Source of the DNA: Candidatus Thorarchaeota archaeon
Lineage (GTDB): Archaea > Asgardarchaeota > Thorarchaeia > Thorarchaeales > Thorarchaeaceae
Assembly (NCBI GenBank): GCA_003345555.1
Contig: PRDJ01000050.1
Location: forward strand, 1 to 32,000
DNA length: 32,000 bases
Direction of reading: 5' to 3'
Shown: piece after piece, positions 1 to 8,449 of the stretch
How positions within the stretch are numbered: the stretch's first letter is position 1
Layout of the letters: each line of letters starts with the position of its first letter
The notes under the pieces: generated by a model
Database searches by the model: none
What the model saw: the letters and a program-made list of their open reading frames with translations, nothing else
What the model was told of the DNA's origin: nothing
Program-made: the position numbers and the translations under genes

Positions 1-132
1 ATTTCCGTTTTGAAGGAGCCCCGCTTTTCTGATGCAATCTAGGGCGACTTTCAGACGTTGCGGACTTTCTGGGTGCCCCGGTGATATTTCGTGTTTCATG
101 AACACGTCATGATAGAGTATTTCTGTCGTCAT
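1..132 (-). CDS. Histone deacetylase family (HDAC/AcuC-like) protein, N-terminal 44 aa, runs off the window edge
   Basis: Hand translation from ATG at 132: MTTEILYHDVFMKHEISPGHPESPQRLKVALDCIRKAGLLQNGN. The GHPESPxRL motif is typical of the HDAC-family N-terminus. Not in the ORF track. Confidence 0.85.
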   Translation of the reverse strand, partial: MTTEILYHDVFMKHEISPGHPESPQRLKVALDCIRKAGLLQNGN

Positions 133-290
133 CGTGAGTCGCCTCTGGCGTGCATCATACTCGGCCATCGTGTCAGTGACAACGCATGTGCAAGTGTATG
201 ATTGTTCTCAATCACACAACTTAACCGATGCGGTGAGATTCAAGTATACCAGACAGAAGCATGCCTGATGCAGCATATTTCGTGGTAACC

Positions 291-295
291 TTTAT
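291..295 (+). promoter_or_regulatory. Probable TATA box of tRNA-Pro
   Basis: TTTAT lies about 35 nt upstream of the mature tRNA 5' end (328). Confidence 0.45.
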
Positions 296-327
296 CTTCA
301 CGTTGGATACAGCCGCTCCAGAATCAT

Positions 328-435
328 GGGTCGGTAGTCTAGCTTGGTATGATACTTGCTTGGGGTGGTCTCGGTCACCTCATCCGAGCCCCAAAATGCA
401 AGAGGTCGCCGGTTCAAATCCGGCCCGGCCCACCA
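328..435 (+). tRNA. tRNA-Pro(GGG) with a 31-nt canonical intron (366-396, position 37/38) and encoded CCA
   Basis: Acceptor stem GGGTCGG/CCGGCCC, T-arm GCCGG-TTCAAAT-CCGGC, anticodon stem CTTGC/GCAAG with GGG at 362-364. Bulge-helix-bulge: central helix TTGG/CCAA, bulges GG|T and AA|T. Confidence 0.96.
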
Positions 436-484
436 TACACCTACGTTCAACAGACTTGGGCCTCGAGTTTGTCCAATGATTTTT

Positions 485-1057
485 CTAATCTGGTTTTCTG
501 CTCGGTATCTCCCAGAGCGTTTCATAAACCGGTCCCGAGGGCTTCAGAGTACTCTTGGTCATCTGAAAGGCTGACACAGTCATCGTGCCAACGGCTTCTC
601 TTGCCAGTAATTCAAGATTATTGAGCAATCTCTCACGATTCCGCAATGCGCGCACTCGTGCTATCGTGGCATGGGCCTTGAAGTTCTTCTCGGGCGGGTA
701 ACCTAGGTTCGCGAGAAGGACATCAATCTTGGTCTTTAGTTCAGCCATCCTCTCTGCGTTTTGGTTGACTCCCACCCATATCACGTTAGGTCGATGACTA
801 CTCGGAAAGGCTCCGACGCCTGCGATTGAAATCGTGAACGGGTCGATACTCACGGTCTCCAGCGTCTTCCGCATCTCTTCGATTCTTGAAAGGGAGGTGT
901 CACCAAAGAAGCGAAATGTGAAATGGATGTTCTCCTTCTCTACAAGCTTTAGTTTCGCCGCTTCTTGGTCCAGCCTGCGCTGTATGTTTGAAATTCGAGC
1001 GAGCAATGGCTCATCTGTTATATGGACACTCAAGAAGACTCTCAGTTTCTCCGACAA
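485..1057 (-). CDS. thpR: RNA 2',3'-cyclic phosphodiesterase (2H phosphoesterase, LigT/ThpR family)
   Basis: Two HxT motifs (HFTFRFFGD, HATIARVR) plus FPSSHRPNVIWVG. Likely start is TTG at 1057 (LSEKLRVFLSV) after GAGGCG; the ORF-track extension to 1165 looks non-coding. Confidence 0.92.
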   Translation of the reverse strand: MSEKLRVFLSVHITDEPLLARISNIQRRLDQEAAKLKLVEKENIHFTFRFFGDTSLSRIEEMRKTLETVSIDPFTISIAGVGAFPSSHRPNVIWVGVNQNAERMAELKTKIDVLLANLGYPPEKNFKAHATIARVRALRNRERLLNNLELLAREAVGTMTVSAFQMTKSTLKPSGPVYETLWEIPSRKPD

Positions 1058-1308
1058 ATGCTGCGCCTCGGCGTTGTTGAGACAAGTATGTGCCAGCGTT
1101 ATTATTCTAACGGAGTAAAGATTACAACAAAGACGTTTAAAGGAGGAGCCAAATCGATGATTCACGTGACTCTGCTACAGTATCAGCTCATTTGGGCCAA
1201 TGTGACAGCAAGAGACACATCCTGTCGTTTCGAATCCCACAGGTCAATGCACAAGACGCCGAGGTCGAAGAAAACCGTGGTCCGGTTAGGTGAGGGTTGC
1301 ACAAATCG

Positions 1309-1905
1309 ATGAGGCTTATCATAATCACAGGAATGCCGGGCGCTGGGAAGAGCGAAGTTGCTCAAGTGCTGAGAGAAGCGGGTTTTCCCGTGATCGCCAT
1401 GGGCGATATTGTTCGTGAAGAACTACGGAGAAGGGGTCTTGAGCCCAATCCCGCCAACACGGGAACTGTAATGCTCGATTTGCGGGAGCACGAGGGGCCC
1501 GCTGCTGTAGCCCGCCGTTGTCTAGATGAGTTGAGGGCTACGACCTCAGAAACAGTTGTCATAGAAGGGTGCAGGAGCATTGCCGAACTCGAGGTCTTCG
1601 AACAATATGCCGAATCGGTTAGCGTGCTCTGTATCCATTCCTCTCCGTCCACAAGATTCGCCCGACTGCGCCAACGTGCTCGTGACGACGCGCCTCCGGA
1701 ATGGTCTGCCTTCAGGGAACGTGACCTTCGGGAAATCTCAGTTGGCCTTGGTGGAATCATCGCATTGAGCGACATTATGCTGATCAACGAGGGCTCTATC
1801 GAGGACTTGCGGAAGACAGCCAAGATGATTTGCATGAGGTTTCAGAAAGATGCAGGGAGTCGCAAGGGGAAAGGTCTATCCGACCGAGGATCAAGAAAGG
1901 GTTGA
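1309..1905 (+). CDS. Archaeal dephospho-CoA-kinase-like P-loop kinase (UPF0200 family)
   Basis: IIITGMPGAGKS P-loop, MGDIVREE, VVIEGCRS, CIHSSPSTRFARL and ERDLREISVG match the UPF0200/NMP-kinase fold. ATG at 1309. Confidence 0.85.
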   Translation: MRLIIITGMPGAGKSEVAQVLREAGFPVIAMGDIVREELRRRGLEPNPANTGTVMLDLREHEGPAAVARRCLDELRATTSETVVIEGCRSIAELEVFEQYAESVSVLCIHSSPSTRFARLRQRARDDAPPEWSAFRERDLREISVGLGGIIALSDIMLINEGSIEDLRKTAKMICMRFQKDAGSRKGKGLSDRGSRKG

Positions 1906-2281
1906 GCAGGCAATAAAGACTGTATTGTCCGGCGGTGAGTGCACAGTAGTTGATCATGAGGCGTACGCAGAACTTGAGATTGCTTTTAACGAGGCCAAAT
2001 CGCTCGAATGGCTTCGCCAACGTATTCAAGACCTCCGGATAATCGATGCTGCAAGAACAAGGCTCCAATCCAACTGGGATGGAGTCCGAACGCGCCTGTG
2101 CATCGACAAACAAGCGGCATTTCTGGGGCGTGTACGCATAATCGACGACTCCGAAGAATCTCCGTCTCTAGGGTACATCGAAATCATGCTTCAGTTCGAC
2201 GGACTCAGAGAGTTCAACCGGTTCGTGACATGGATGACTCCGCGTACCGAAAATGGTCGTATAGTCACAGACCGACGTTGA
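1850..2281 (+). CDS. UPF0201 family putative RNA-binding protein (COG1931)
   Basis: VYPTEDQERVEQAI, LRIIDAAR and DKQAAFLGRV motifs; follows UPF0200 as in many archaea. Confidence 0.85.
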   Translation: MQGVARGKVYPTEDQERVEQAIKTVLSGGECTVVDHEAYAELEIAFNEAKSLEWLRQRIQDLRIIDAARTRLQSNWDGVRTRLCIDKQAAFLGRVRIIDDSEESPSLGYIEIMLQFDGLREFNRFVTWMTPRTENGRIVTDRR

Positions 2282-2314
2282 GTCTCATGTACTCTTTTCG
2301 CACGCTGGCAGAAG

Positions 2315-3340
2315 CTAGAATGCGAGAACAAAGATTTCTCTGGTCAGCCCACCGTGAACTGGAACCAGAATCTGCGCCTTTGGGATTATGCCCAAGAGAC
2401 CGATCAGCTGCGGGACATTCATCTTGCTACTGGCACATATGCACATCCTTCCTCCTTCTTGCAGAATGCCTCCTGCTTGCTCTAGGAGGGACTTGACCAG
2501 CTTAATAGATTCAGTTCCTCTGGTGGAACTTGACCTACCGTAGGGAGGATCCGTCACTATACAGTCGCATTTGCACAAGGGTAGGAATCTTGCATCCCCT
2601 TGAACAAGACAGTAATCGCTCCTCTGGCAATCCTCCAGATTAGCGCTTGCGCCGGTCAGTAGTGGCCAGCTCAAGTCGATTCCGACAGGCTTGGCTCCTA
2701 TTGAAAGAATCTCGGAGAGTATCCCTCCTCCGCCACAGAATGGATCAAGAACTATGTCATGAGGCATTACGCCAGCAAGATTGCACATTGTTCTTGCCAA
2801 GAACGCGTTCATCATGGATGGATGGTGGAAACGCATTCGGCCGGGTCCTCTTTTCCTCAACAGGTGTCTCGTTTCCGACTCGGCGGACCTGCAGACGAAG
2901 ACTCCTTCAGACGTCAAGATTAGCAGAATCCTCACGTCGGGAGCATTCATGGATACATGTGCCCCAGTGGTTTTCCGGATGCTTTCTCCCAGCCGGCGGA
3001 CCGCCCTTTCTGGGAACTCATTGTGTTTCTCGCGGGCTAGGTTGCAGACTCTGACACAGAAACTGCTGTCTGACTCTATAGTCTCCCATGTCTGACCTAG
3101 GGTCTCATGACTGATGAGACTGCCAAGACTGTCCGATCTCAGGAGAATCTCTCCTGCTTCCTTGAGGAGCGCTGCTCTGTTCAGAAGAAAAGGAACCGGG
3201 TCTGAAATCGAGTGGATAACACCCAGTCGTCCGAGCCATGACATAGTCACGTTCTCTGCGAGAGCACTAACTAGGGCAGAAATCTCCGCATGGGCTAGCT
3301 CGACATTCTCTCCGGAGACAAGCACAAAGTGCTCTTTCAA
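2315..3340 (-). CDS. trm11: tRNA (guanine-10, N2)-methyltransferase, THUMP plus Rossmann MTase
   Basis: VLDPFCGGGG SAM motif, VTDPPYGRSS, HPSMMNAFLARTMCNL and an N-terminal THUMP-like region. TTG start. Confidence 0.88.
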   Translation of the reverse strand: MKEHFVLVSGENVELAHAEISALVSALAENVTMSWLGRLGVIHSISDPVPFLLNRAALLKEAGEILLRSDSLGSLISHETLGQTWETIESDSSFCVRVCNLAREKHNEFPERAVRRLGESIRKTTGAHVSMNAPDVRILLILTSEGVFVCRSAESETRHLLRKRGPGRMRFHHPSMMNAFLARTMCNLAGVMPHDIVLDPFCGGGGILSEILSIGAKPVGIDLSWPLLTGASANLEDCQRSDYCLVQGDARFLPLCKCDCIVTDPPYGRSSSTRGTESIKLVKSLLEQAGGILQEGGRMCICASSKMNVPQLIGLLGIIPKAQILVPVHGGLTREIFVLAF

Positions 3341-3349
3341 CTGGGATCA

Positions 3350-4120
3350 CTACCAGTCTGCAACATAATCTTCTCCTCCCGCGAAGATTCTTTGCATCTC
3401 ACCATAGAGTATTTCTAATCCTGACATCTGCTTCGCTGATACTGGTATGACACTCGCACCCCCTCCGAAGTCCTCCAGCATTCTCAGTATAGACCCAGAG
3501 TATTCGCGCAGCAAACCACTTTCAGAACCATCCAGTGCTTCTTCCAGCAAATAGGAATCGGTTGACCAGTCTACTATTTCTTGGATTTGGTCTTCTTTGA
3601 GTATATCCTGTTTACTAAGGACGCTAAGCTGCGGGAGGCGGAATCTTATGTTGATTGAGACGCCCAGCAACATTGAGGCGAGATAGCCCGTAGGAGTATG
3701 AGCGATATTAGAATCCAGGAGATAAATGGAAAGGGCAGGTTCCTCGCCCTTGAGGCTTGTTACCATCAATGGCCCGGAGTTACGGTAAGCAAAGAGTTCC
3801 ATTTGGCCGGGGCAGTCAACCAAAATATACTGCGCTCTAGCATCAACAATCTCGGTTCTAAGTTCGTTGGCAAAGTTCACCGCCATATCCAAGCTCGCGA
3901 CAAGTGCACCATTTGGTCCCAAGCTGTATTCCTTCATGACTTCGGCATAGTCAACGTACTCACGAATGTCGACATCGGGTGCATAGGGCGGGTCTTCGAC
4001 GCCGGGGTCTAGGTTGACTACTGCGACCCTCATGTCCGATGCAGTAAGCCATTTCTCCAAAGAGGCTGTTAATAGAGACTTACCCGACCCTGCCGTTCCA
4101 ACAATGAAGGAATAGAACAT
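3350..4120 (-). CDS. GPN-loop GTPase
   Basis: GTAGSGKS, VNLDPG, LGPNG (GPN loop), DCPGQME and SKQD (G4). Confidence 0.93.
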   Translation of the reverse strand: MFYSFIVGTAGSGKSLLTASLEKWLTASDMRVAVVNLDPGVEDPPYAPDVDIREYVDYAEVMKEYSLGPNGALVASLDMAVNFANELRTEIVDARAQYILVDCPGQMELFAYRNSGPLMVTSLKGEEPALSIYLLDSNIAHTPTGYLASMLLGVSINIRFRLPQLSVLSKQDILKEDQIQEIVDWSTDSYLLEEALDGSESGLLREYSGSILRMLEDFGGGASVIPVSAKQMSGLEILYGEMQRIFAGGEDYVADW

Positions 4121-4353
4121 TCACCGTACCCCAATAGACCACTTTCGTTTTCGCTTATTACTTTGAGCACAGTTACTTGGTCCTTGGACTGCCACCGGTT
4201 TCTCAGCATTCATCATTTAAATTTCTTCAATCGACGTTCAATTTGCCAATTGCGCGGTTCGGATTTCGTGTATCACGACACGACTCGTCACTCGTCGACG
4301 TCTCAGCCAGCTATCGCGCAATTCTTATCTGGCAAATTGCGACCAGTTTTCGT

Positions 4354-5100
4354 ATGAATCAGACTGAGGCCCTTCAGAGACTTGCAGAGGCAATGGCCGG
4401 TGAGATATGCCTTGCTGAAAGCGATCCGGGCGCAGTCATGAAAAGATGGCGTGAACGCTTTCAGATTTCCCAGAAGTACCTCGCCAAACATCTTAGAGTC
4501 TCTCCTTCGGTGATAAGCGATTATGAGAGTGGCAGAAGGAAGTCGCCGCGCGTGGAGACCATTCGTCGTTTCGTCGAGGGGCTCATCGAAATAGACGCAA
4601 TAGACGGAGGCCGAGTTGCGGTGGCGCTTGAGAAACTTGTAGCACCAGAGATTGCATCCGACGCTATACTGGATAGTCGCGAGTTTGGAATACCTATTCC
4701 TGCCAGGTTATTAGTAGAGCATCTAGGCTGCAAGATACTTACACATGCAAGCTTGCTTGACCGAGATATCTATGGCTACACTGCCCTAGATAGTGTAAGA
4801 GCCATAGTCTCACTGACTCCGCAGCAGCTACTGCGTCTGTATGGAGGAACAACCCAGAGAGCTGCAATTCTCACTAATGTGTCGACCGGGCGATCGCCTA
4901 TGGTCGCAATCAAGGCGAGCCAGATGGGCACCTCTACCGCTGTCAAGCCTGCAGTTGTGGTGCTCCAAGGAGTAAAGGACTTGGACTCACTTGCAGTAAT
5001 GATTGCGGAAAGCATTCATTTGCCGCTATGCTTGTCTCCGCACAAGTCCCCTGAAGACCTAGTTCGTGACCTTAGGTCATTCAATCCGCACGCAGAGTGA
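4354..5100 (+). CDS. XRE-family HTH transcriptional regulator (archaeal COG1709 type)
   Basis: AGEICLAESDPGAVMKRWRERFQISQKYLAKHLRVSPSVISDYESGRRKSP; C-terminal YGGTTQRAAILTNVSTGRSPMVAIK. ATG at 4354; the upstream ORF extension looks non-coding. Confidence 0.88.
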   Translation: MNQTEALQRLAEAMAGEICLAESDPGAVMKRWRERFQISQKYLAKHLRVSPSVISDYESGRRKSPRVETIRRFVEGLIEIDAIDGGRVAVALEKLVAPEIASDAILDSREFGIPIPARLLVEHLGCKILTHASLLDRDIYGYTALDSVRAIVSLTPQQLLRLYGGTTQRAAILTNVSTGRSPMVAIKASQMGTSTAVKPAVVVLQGVKDLDSLAVMIAESIHLPLCLSPHKSPEDLVRDLRSFNPHAE

Positions 5101-5106
5101 GTGTGA

Positions 5107-6414
5107 TTGATGTTGAGTAAACTGGAATTCATGACTGAGATCAACGATCCCATCCACGGTTTCATAGGTCTTACAGATCTCGAGGCGAAGATTATCGATT
5201 CCGAACCCTACCAGAGACTTAGAAGAATCAAGCAGCTTTCCGGCGGGCACTACGTCTACCCAACTGGCGTACACAGCAGGTTTGGCCACTGTATGGGCAC
5301 CATGTTCCTAGCGGGTCTGATGGGCGAGAGACTACTTCCTCAGCTGGGAATTGAGGACTCACTTCAGGAAGTCCGAATTGCAGCGCTGCTTCATGATATC
5401 GGCCACGGCCCCTTCAGCCACGTTTTCGAAGAGACTTTGTTGGAGAGAAGAGGTCTGAACCATGAAGACGTGACGGAATGGATTATTCGCAAGAGTATAG
5501 TAGGTGATATCCTTGAAGACGGAGGAGTTTCCAAGGACCGTGTGGCGAATCTAGTACGGGGTCGTCGTATCAACCCGACAGACGTTGTACTTGCCGGAAT
5601 AGTCGCCGGACAAGTCGATACGGACAAGATGGACTACTTGGTGAGAGACTCCTTCTATTGCGGGGTCAACTACGGCCTTATTGATGTCTACCGTTTGATT
5701 AACAGTCTGGAGGTTTCAAGCGAATCGTCTATGCACTTTGACATCGCAGCACGTGGGGCGTTGGAATCATTTTTGGTGGCGAGATACGAGATGTTTCTCA
5801 ATGTCTATTATCACAAGACGGTGCGTAGTGTCGAAGTGATGTTGGTCAAATTGATGAACTCGGCTGATTCTATACTAGGATTTACCAGCTTTTCAACTCC
5901 CGAGGAGTTCCTGAAGCTAGACGACTTATCAGTGATTTCGAGGATAAGAAATCTCAACTCTTCGGAATCGAGCGAATCTAAGGATGCACTTACAATGGTG
6001 AACCTACTTGATTCACGCATCTTATACAAGTCCGCATTTGAGAAAGTCCTGCACACCCAAGATAGGTTCGTTTCCAAGACTCTTGCCAAACGGAAAGTCA
6101 GAGAGAGCATCCAAGAAGAGATTGCTGCAAGCTCAGGAGTCTCCATAGACGATGTTGTTGTAGATGTTCCTACTCTGCCTTCGGTGCCGTATGATCCACA
6201 ACAGCTGAACCCGATGGAGATAGGCATCTTTGAGGTAATCGATGGCAAGAAGGTGTACCACAATCTATCTGAGTATTCCAACATCGGACAGATGATGAAA
6301 GTGTACCTCGATGTCATACGTGTATACACGACTAGTCAGCACCGCATGAAGGTAGGTCGAGCAGCCCGCGAGATATTTCAAGAGGTACCAGAAGCTGCAC
6401 TAATCCATATGTAG
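5107..6414 (+). CDS. HD-superfamily phosphohydrolase (dNTPase/SAMHD1-like, COG1078)
   Basis: DPIHGFI, YQRLRRIKQL, HSRFGH, LLHDIGHGPFSH, DTDKMDYLVRDS and VYYHKT. Confidence 0.92.
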   Translation: MMLSKLEFMTEINDPIHGFIGLTDLEAKIIDSEPYQRLRRIKQLSGGHYVYPTGVHSRFGHCMGTMFLAGLMGERLLPQLGIEDSLQEVRIAALLHDIGHGPFSHVFEETLLERRGLNHEDVTEWIIRKSIVGDILEDGGVSKDRVANLVRGRRINPTDVVLAGIVAGQVDTDKMDYLVRDSFYCGVNYGLIDVYRLINSLEVSSESSMHFDIAARGALESFLVARYEMFLNVYYHKTVRSVEVMLVKLMNSADSILGFTSFSTPEEFLKLDDLSVISRIRNLNSSESSESKDALTMVNLLDSRILYKSAFEKVLHTQDRFVSKTLAKRKVRESIQEEIAASSGVSIDDVVVDVPTLPSVPYDPQQLNPMEIGIFEVIDGKKVYHNLSEYSNIGQMMKVYLDVIRVYTTSQHRMKVGRAAREIFQEVPEAALIHM

Positions 6415-6510
6415 GACTCCCGACCGGTCCCCTAGGTTCCGGGTTTAGGCACATGACACCTCCCCGGCAGGGCCCACTTTTCCTAGACTCAAGATCATTC
6501 TGTGTGGAGA

Positions 6511-6517
6511 TTATATA
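6511..6517 (+). promoter_or_regulatory. TATA box of the Roadblock-GTPase operon
   Basis: TTATATA lies about 50 nt upstream of the GGAG-preceded TTG at 6568. Confidence 0.55.
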
Positions 6518-6567
6518 GTGTACGCCAAGGATTCACCTTGAATCGAAAGACGCTGGGAGTTGAATTC

Positions 6568-7512
6568 TTGGACGAAGACCTTAGTGAAACACTGCAGAAC
6601 ATCAAGACGATTGCAGGAGTCGAAAATGTAATCCTCATACAGAAAGACGGACTGCCTGTAGCCAGCGCTGGTGTGTGGTTCAGCAAGGAAGAGGTCTTCG
6701 CAGTCGCATCATCGACTTGTGCCATATTCGGTGTAGCGAGGCTCATTCACAGCGACTTCAAATATCTTCTAATGGAATCCGAGACTTCAAAGATATTCCT
6801 CGCTTCGTTGCCGAACGACCCCGATTACTTTCTGGCGGTCACGACAGCACCTAGAGTCAACCTCGCCGCACTCTTTATCGAAATGAAGGATAATCTGTCT
6901 CGGGTATCATTTCTTCTGAGACAGCGTACTGATAGGCACCTTCCACCCCTCCGCTCATACACTGCCGACGAGACCCAACGGGTTCTGTCTGGTTTCTCAG
7001 TCGCAGAGAGAGGGAATCCGTCCTACACAACAACCCGGGCAGTAATATCACTCGATCGTTCCCAAGCCCTCACGTTGAGGACAATCCTAAGGCAGGTCCA
7101 TGACAGCGTCAGTGACGTCGAGTCTGTCTTCCTTGCTCTCAACGGCGGCGTTCGAGTCTCACTCGACGGGTTTACTAACGACCGGCTAGCTGCAATGTCC
7201 TTTGCCCTATACGACGCATCCGAGAGAGTTGTGAAGACTCTCCGGAATAGCTCTCTTGAAAATGTGCTCTGCGAGACTGGACGTGTACGCCACTTCATAT
7301 ACTCTGTTCCGAATGGCGTGTTCAGTCTATGGGTGGATCGTAACAGTCAGAAACTCGGACTGATCAGACTGCTGCTTAAACACTACATAGAGGAAACACG
7401 CAGAGTGTTGGCATCGGCTCCAATCACGAGACCTACGATTCCAGAGGATCTCAAAGAACTACTGCTTTCAGATAGCTCGGAAGGTCTTATCGTTGCGAGG
7501 CGGGGAGCATGA
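6568..7512 (+). CDS. Tandem (two-domain) Roadblock/LC7 (MglB-like) protein
   Basis: Domain 1: GVENVILIQKDGLPVAS ... VNLAALFIEMK. Domain 2: DVESVFLALNGG ... DRLAAMSFALYDASERVVKTL ... KLGLIRLLL. The ORF-track start (6502) lies upstream of the TATA box, so TTG 6568 is preferred. Confidence 0.82.
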   Translation: MDEDLSETLQNIKTIAGVENVILIQKDGLPVASAGVWFSKEEVFAVASSTCAIFGVARLIHSDFKYLLMESETSKIFLASLPNDPDYFLAVTTAPRVNLAALFIEMKDNLSRVSFLLRQRTDRHLPPLRSYTADETQRVLSGFSVAERGNPSYTTTRAVISLDRSQALTLRTILRQVHDSVSDVESVFLALNGGVRVSLDGFTNDRLAAMSFALYDASERVVKTLRNSSLENVLCETGRVRHFIYSVPNGVFSLWVDRNSQKLGLIRLLLKHYIEETRRVLASAPITRPTIPEDLKELLLSDSSEGLIVARRGA

Positions 7513-8429
7513 GCTATTCAGTTATGCAGATAATCGATCTCATGGGCAATGGCTTCCCGCTTCTTCTCAATTCTGTGCTGAGCAGAACGCCTATTTTTGT
7601 GGCAGGACAGGACGTTGAGGTTGTCGACGACATTACTGACAGCCTTACATTGCTGTGTCCGCACCGGCACAAGATGGTCTTCTGGCGCGACTTCACCTCT
7701 GAGAGTGAAATCCAGTCTGTGCTAGATGAGGAAAAGCATGACTACGAAGTTCTAAGGACAGTAGCTTGTTCCCTTTCATCCAGTTTTGGATCTGTCCTAG
7801 ACAGAGTGACGCAGTTCACAGGATGGATTGTGGCCGTGCCGATAGGAGCTAATGTTCTTGGTCTTCGTGTCAGCGAGGACACACTTTCAAATCTGGTGTC
7901 AAGAGTCCAACACAAATCCGGCAACTGCGGGCTACTCAGGGTTACAGCACCTTCCTCCGTGAGCTTCTCACTTGCCAAACCCAGCTCACTTAGTCTGGAA
8001 GTAGAAAAGAGGATTGTAGCCAAGATACTCACGCGAAAGAGTCAGTCCTTGGAACGCATTAGGCGTCTCTTAGGCAAGTCATTGCGGGATCTTAGAGTCT
8101 CTGAACAGATAATCGAGGAGGTTCTCAAACTGGATGATGAAGCAGTCAAGCTGACTCGTGATGTATTTGAGGAGGAAATCAGCGGCTATGTTCACGCTGC
8201 CCGCCGGGCCGTGATGATTCTATCGAGGATACGACTAGCCCGGGATCTTGGTGCACTCACAACCCTGACTGAGAGGAATCTGTACGAGGCCATTGGCTGG
8301 GACACGGGTGACATACCTGACTTGGCACGATTCATCAGCACTGAGTGGCATGAAGATTTTTCGGATTGCATCAAGGGCGGTGCCATATCTGGTTTGGGCG
8401 CCTATGTTGACAGCATGTGGGGTACCTAG
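7509..8429 (+). CDS. Uncharacterised alpha/beta plus helical protein, possibly cDENN/dDENN-like
   Basis: ATGA overlap with the Roadblock gene. LLLNSVLSRTPIFVAGQDVEVVDDITDSLTLLCP resembles the cDENN opening motif by eye only. Confidence 0.8.
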   Translation: MSYSVMQIIDLMGNGFPLLLNSVLSRTPIFVAGQDVEVVDDITDSLTLLCPHRHKMVFWRDFTSESEIQSVLDEEKHDYEVLRTVACSLSSSFGSVLDRVTQFTGWIVAVPIGANVLGLRVSEDTLSNLVSRVQHKSGNCGLLRVTAPSSVSFSLAKPSSLSLEVEKRIVAKILTRKSQSLERIRRLLGKSLRDLRVSEQIIEEVLKLDDEAVKLTRDVFEEEISGYVHAARRAVMILSRIRLARDLGALTTLTERNLYEAIGWDTGDIPDLARFISTEWHEDFSDCIKGGAISGLGAYVDSMWGT

Positions 8430-8449
8430 AAGCAGGGGTTGAGAGAAGA

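Noticed and set aside
261-624. Four short ORFs overlapping tRNA-Pro
   Set aside because: They overlap a well-formed tRNA and show no protein motifs.
1223-1250. TTCGAATCC T-loop-like motif within a CCTGT/ACAGG hairpin; also a possible rpl40e in this gap
   Set aside because: There is no T-stem, acceptor or anticodon pairing, and no frame has the L40e CxxC pairs.
4177-4353. N-terminal extension of the XRE regulator in the ORF track
   Set aside because: It spans the promoter and inverted repeat; the family-like sequence begins at ATG 4354.
6415-6480. Minus-strand GC-rich stretch resembling the 5' Alu end of archaeal SRP RNA (GTGGGC...GCCGGGG...AACCCGGAACC)
   Set aside because: A full SRP RNA would run about 250 nt into the HD gene, where no helix-8 motif is visible, and the Alu pseudoknot pairing is absent.
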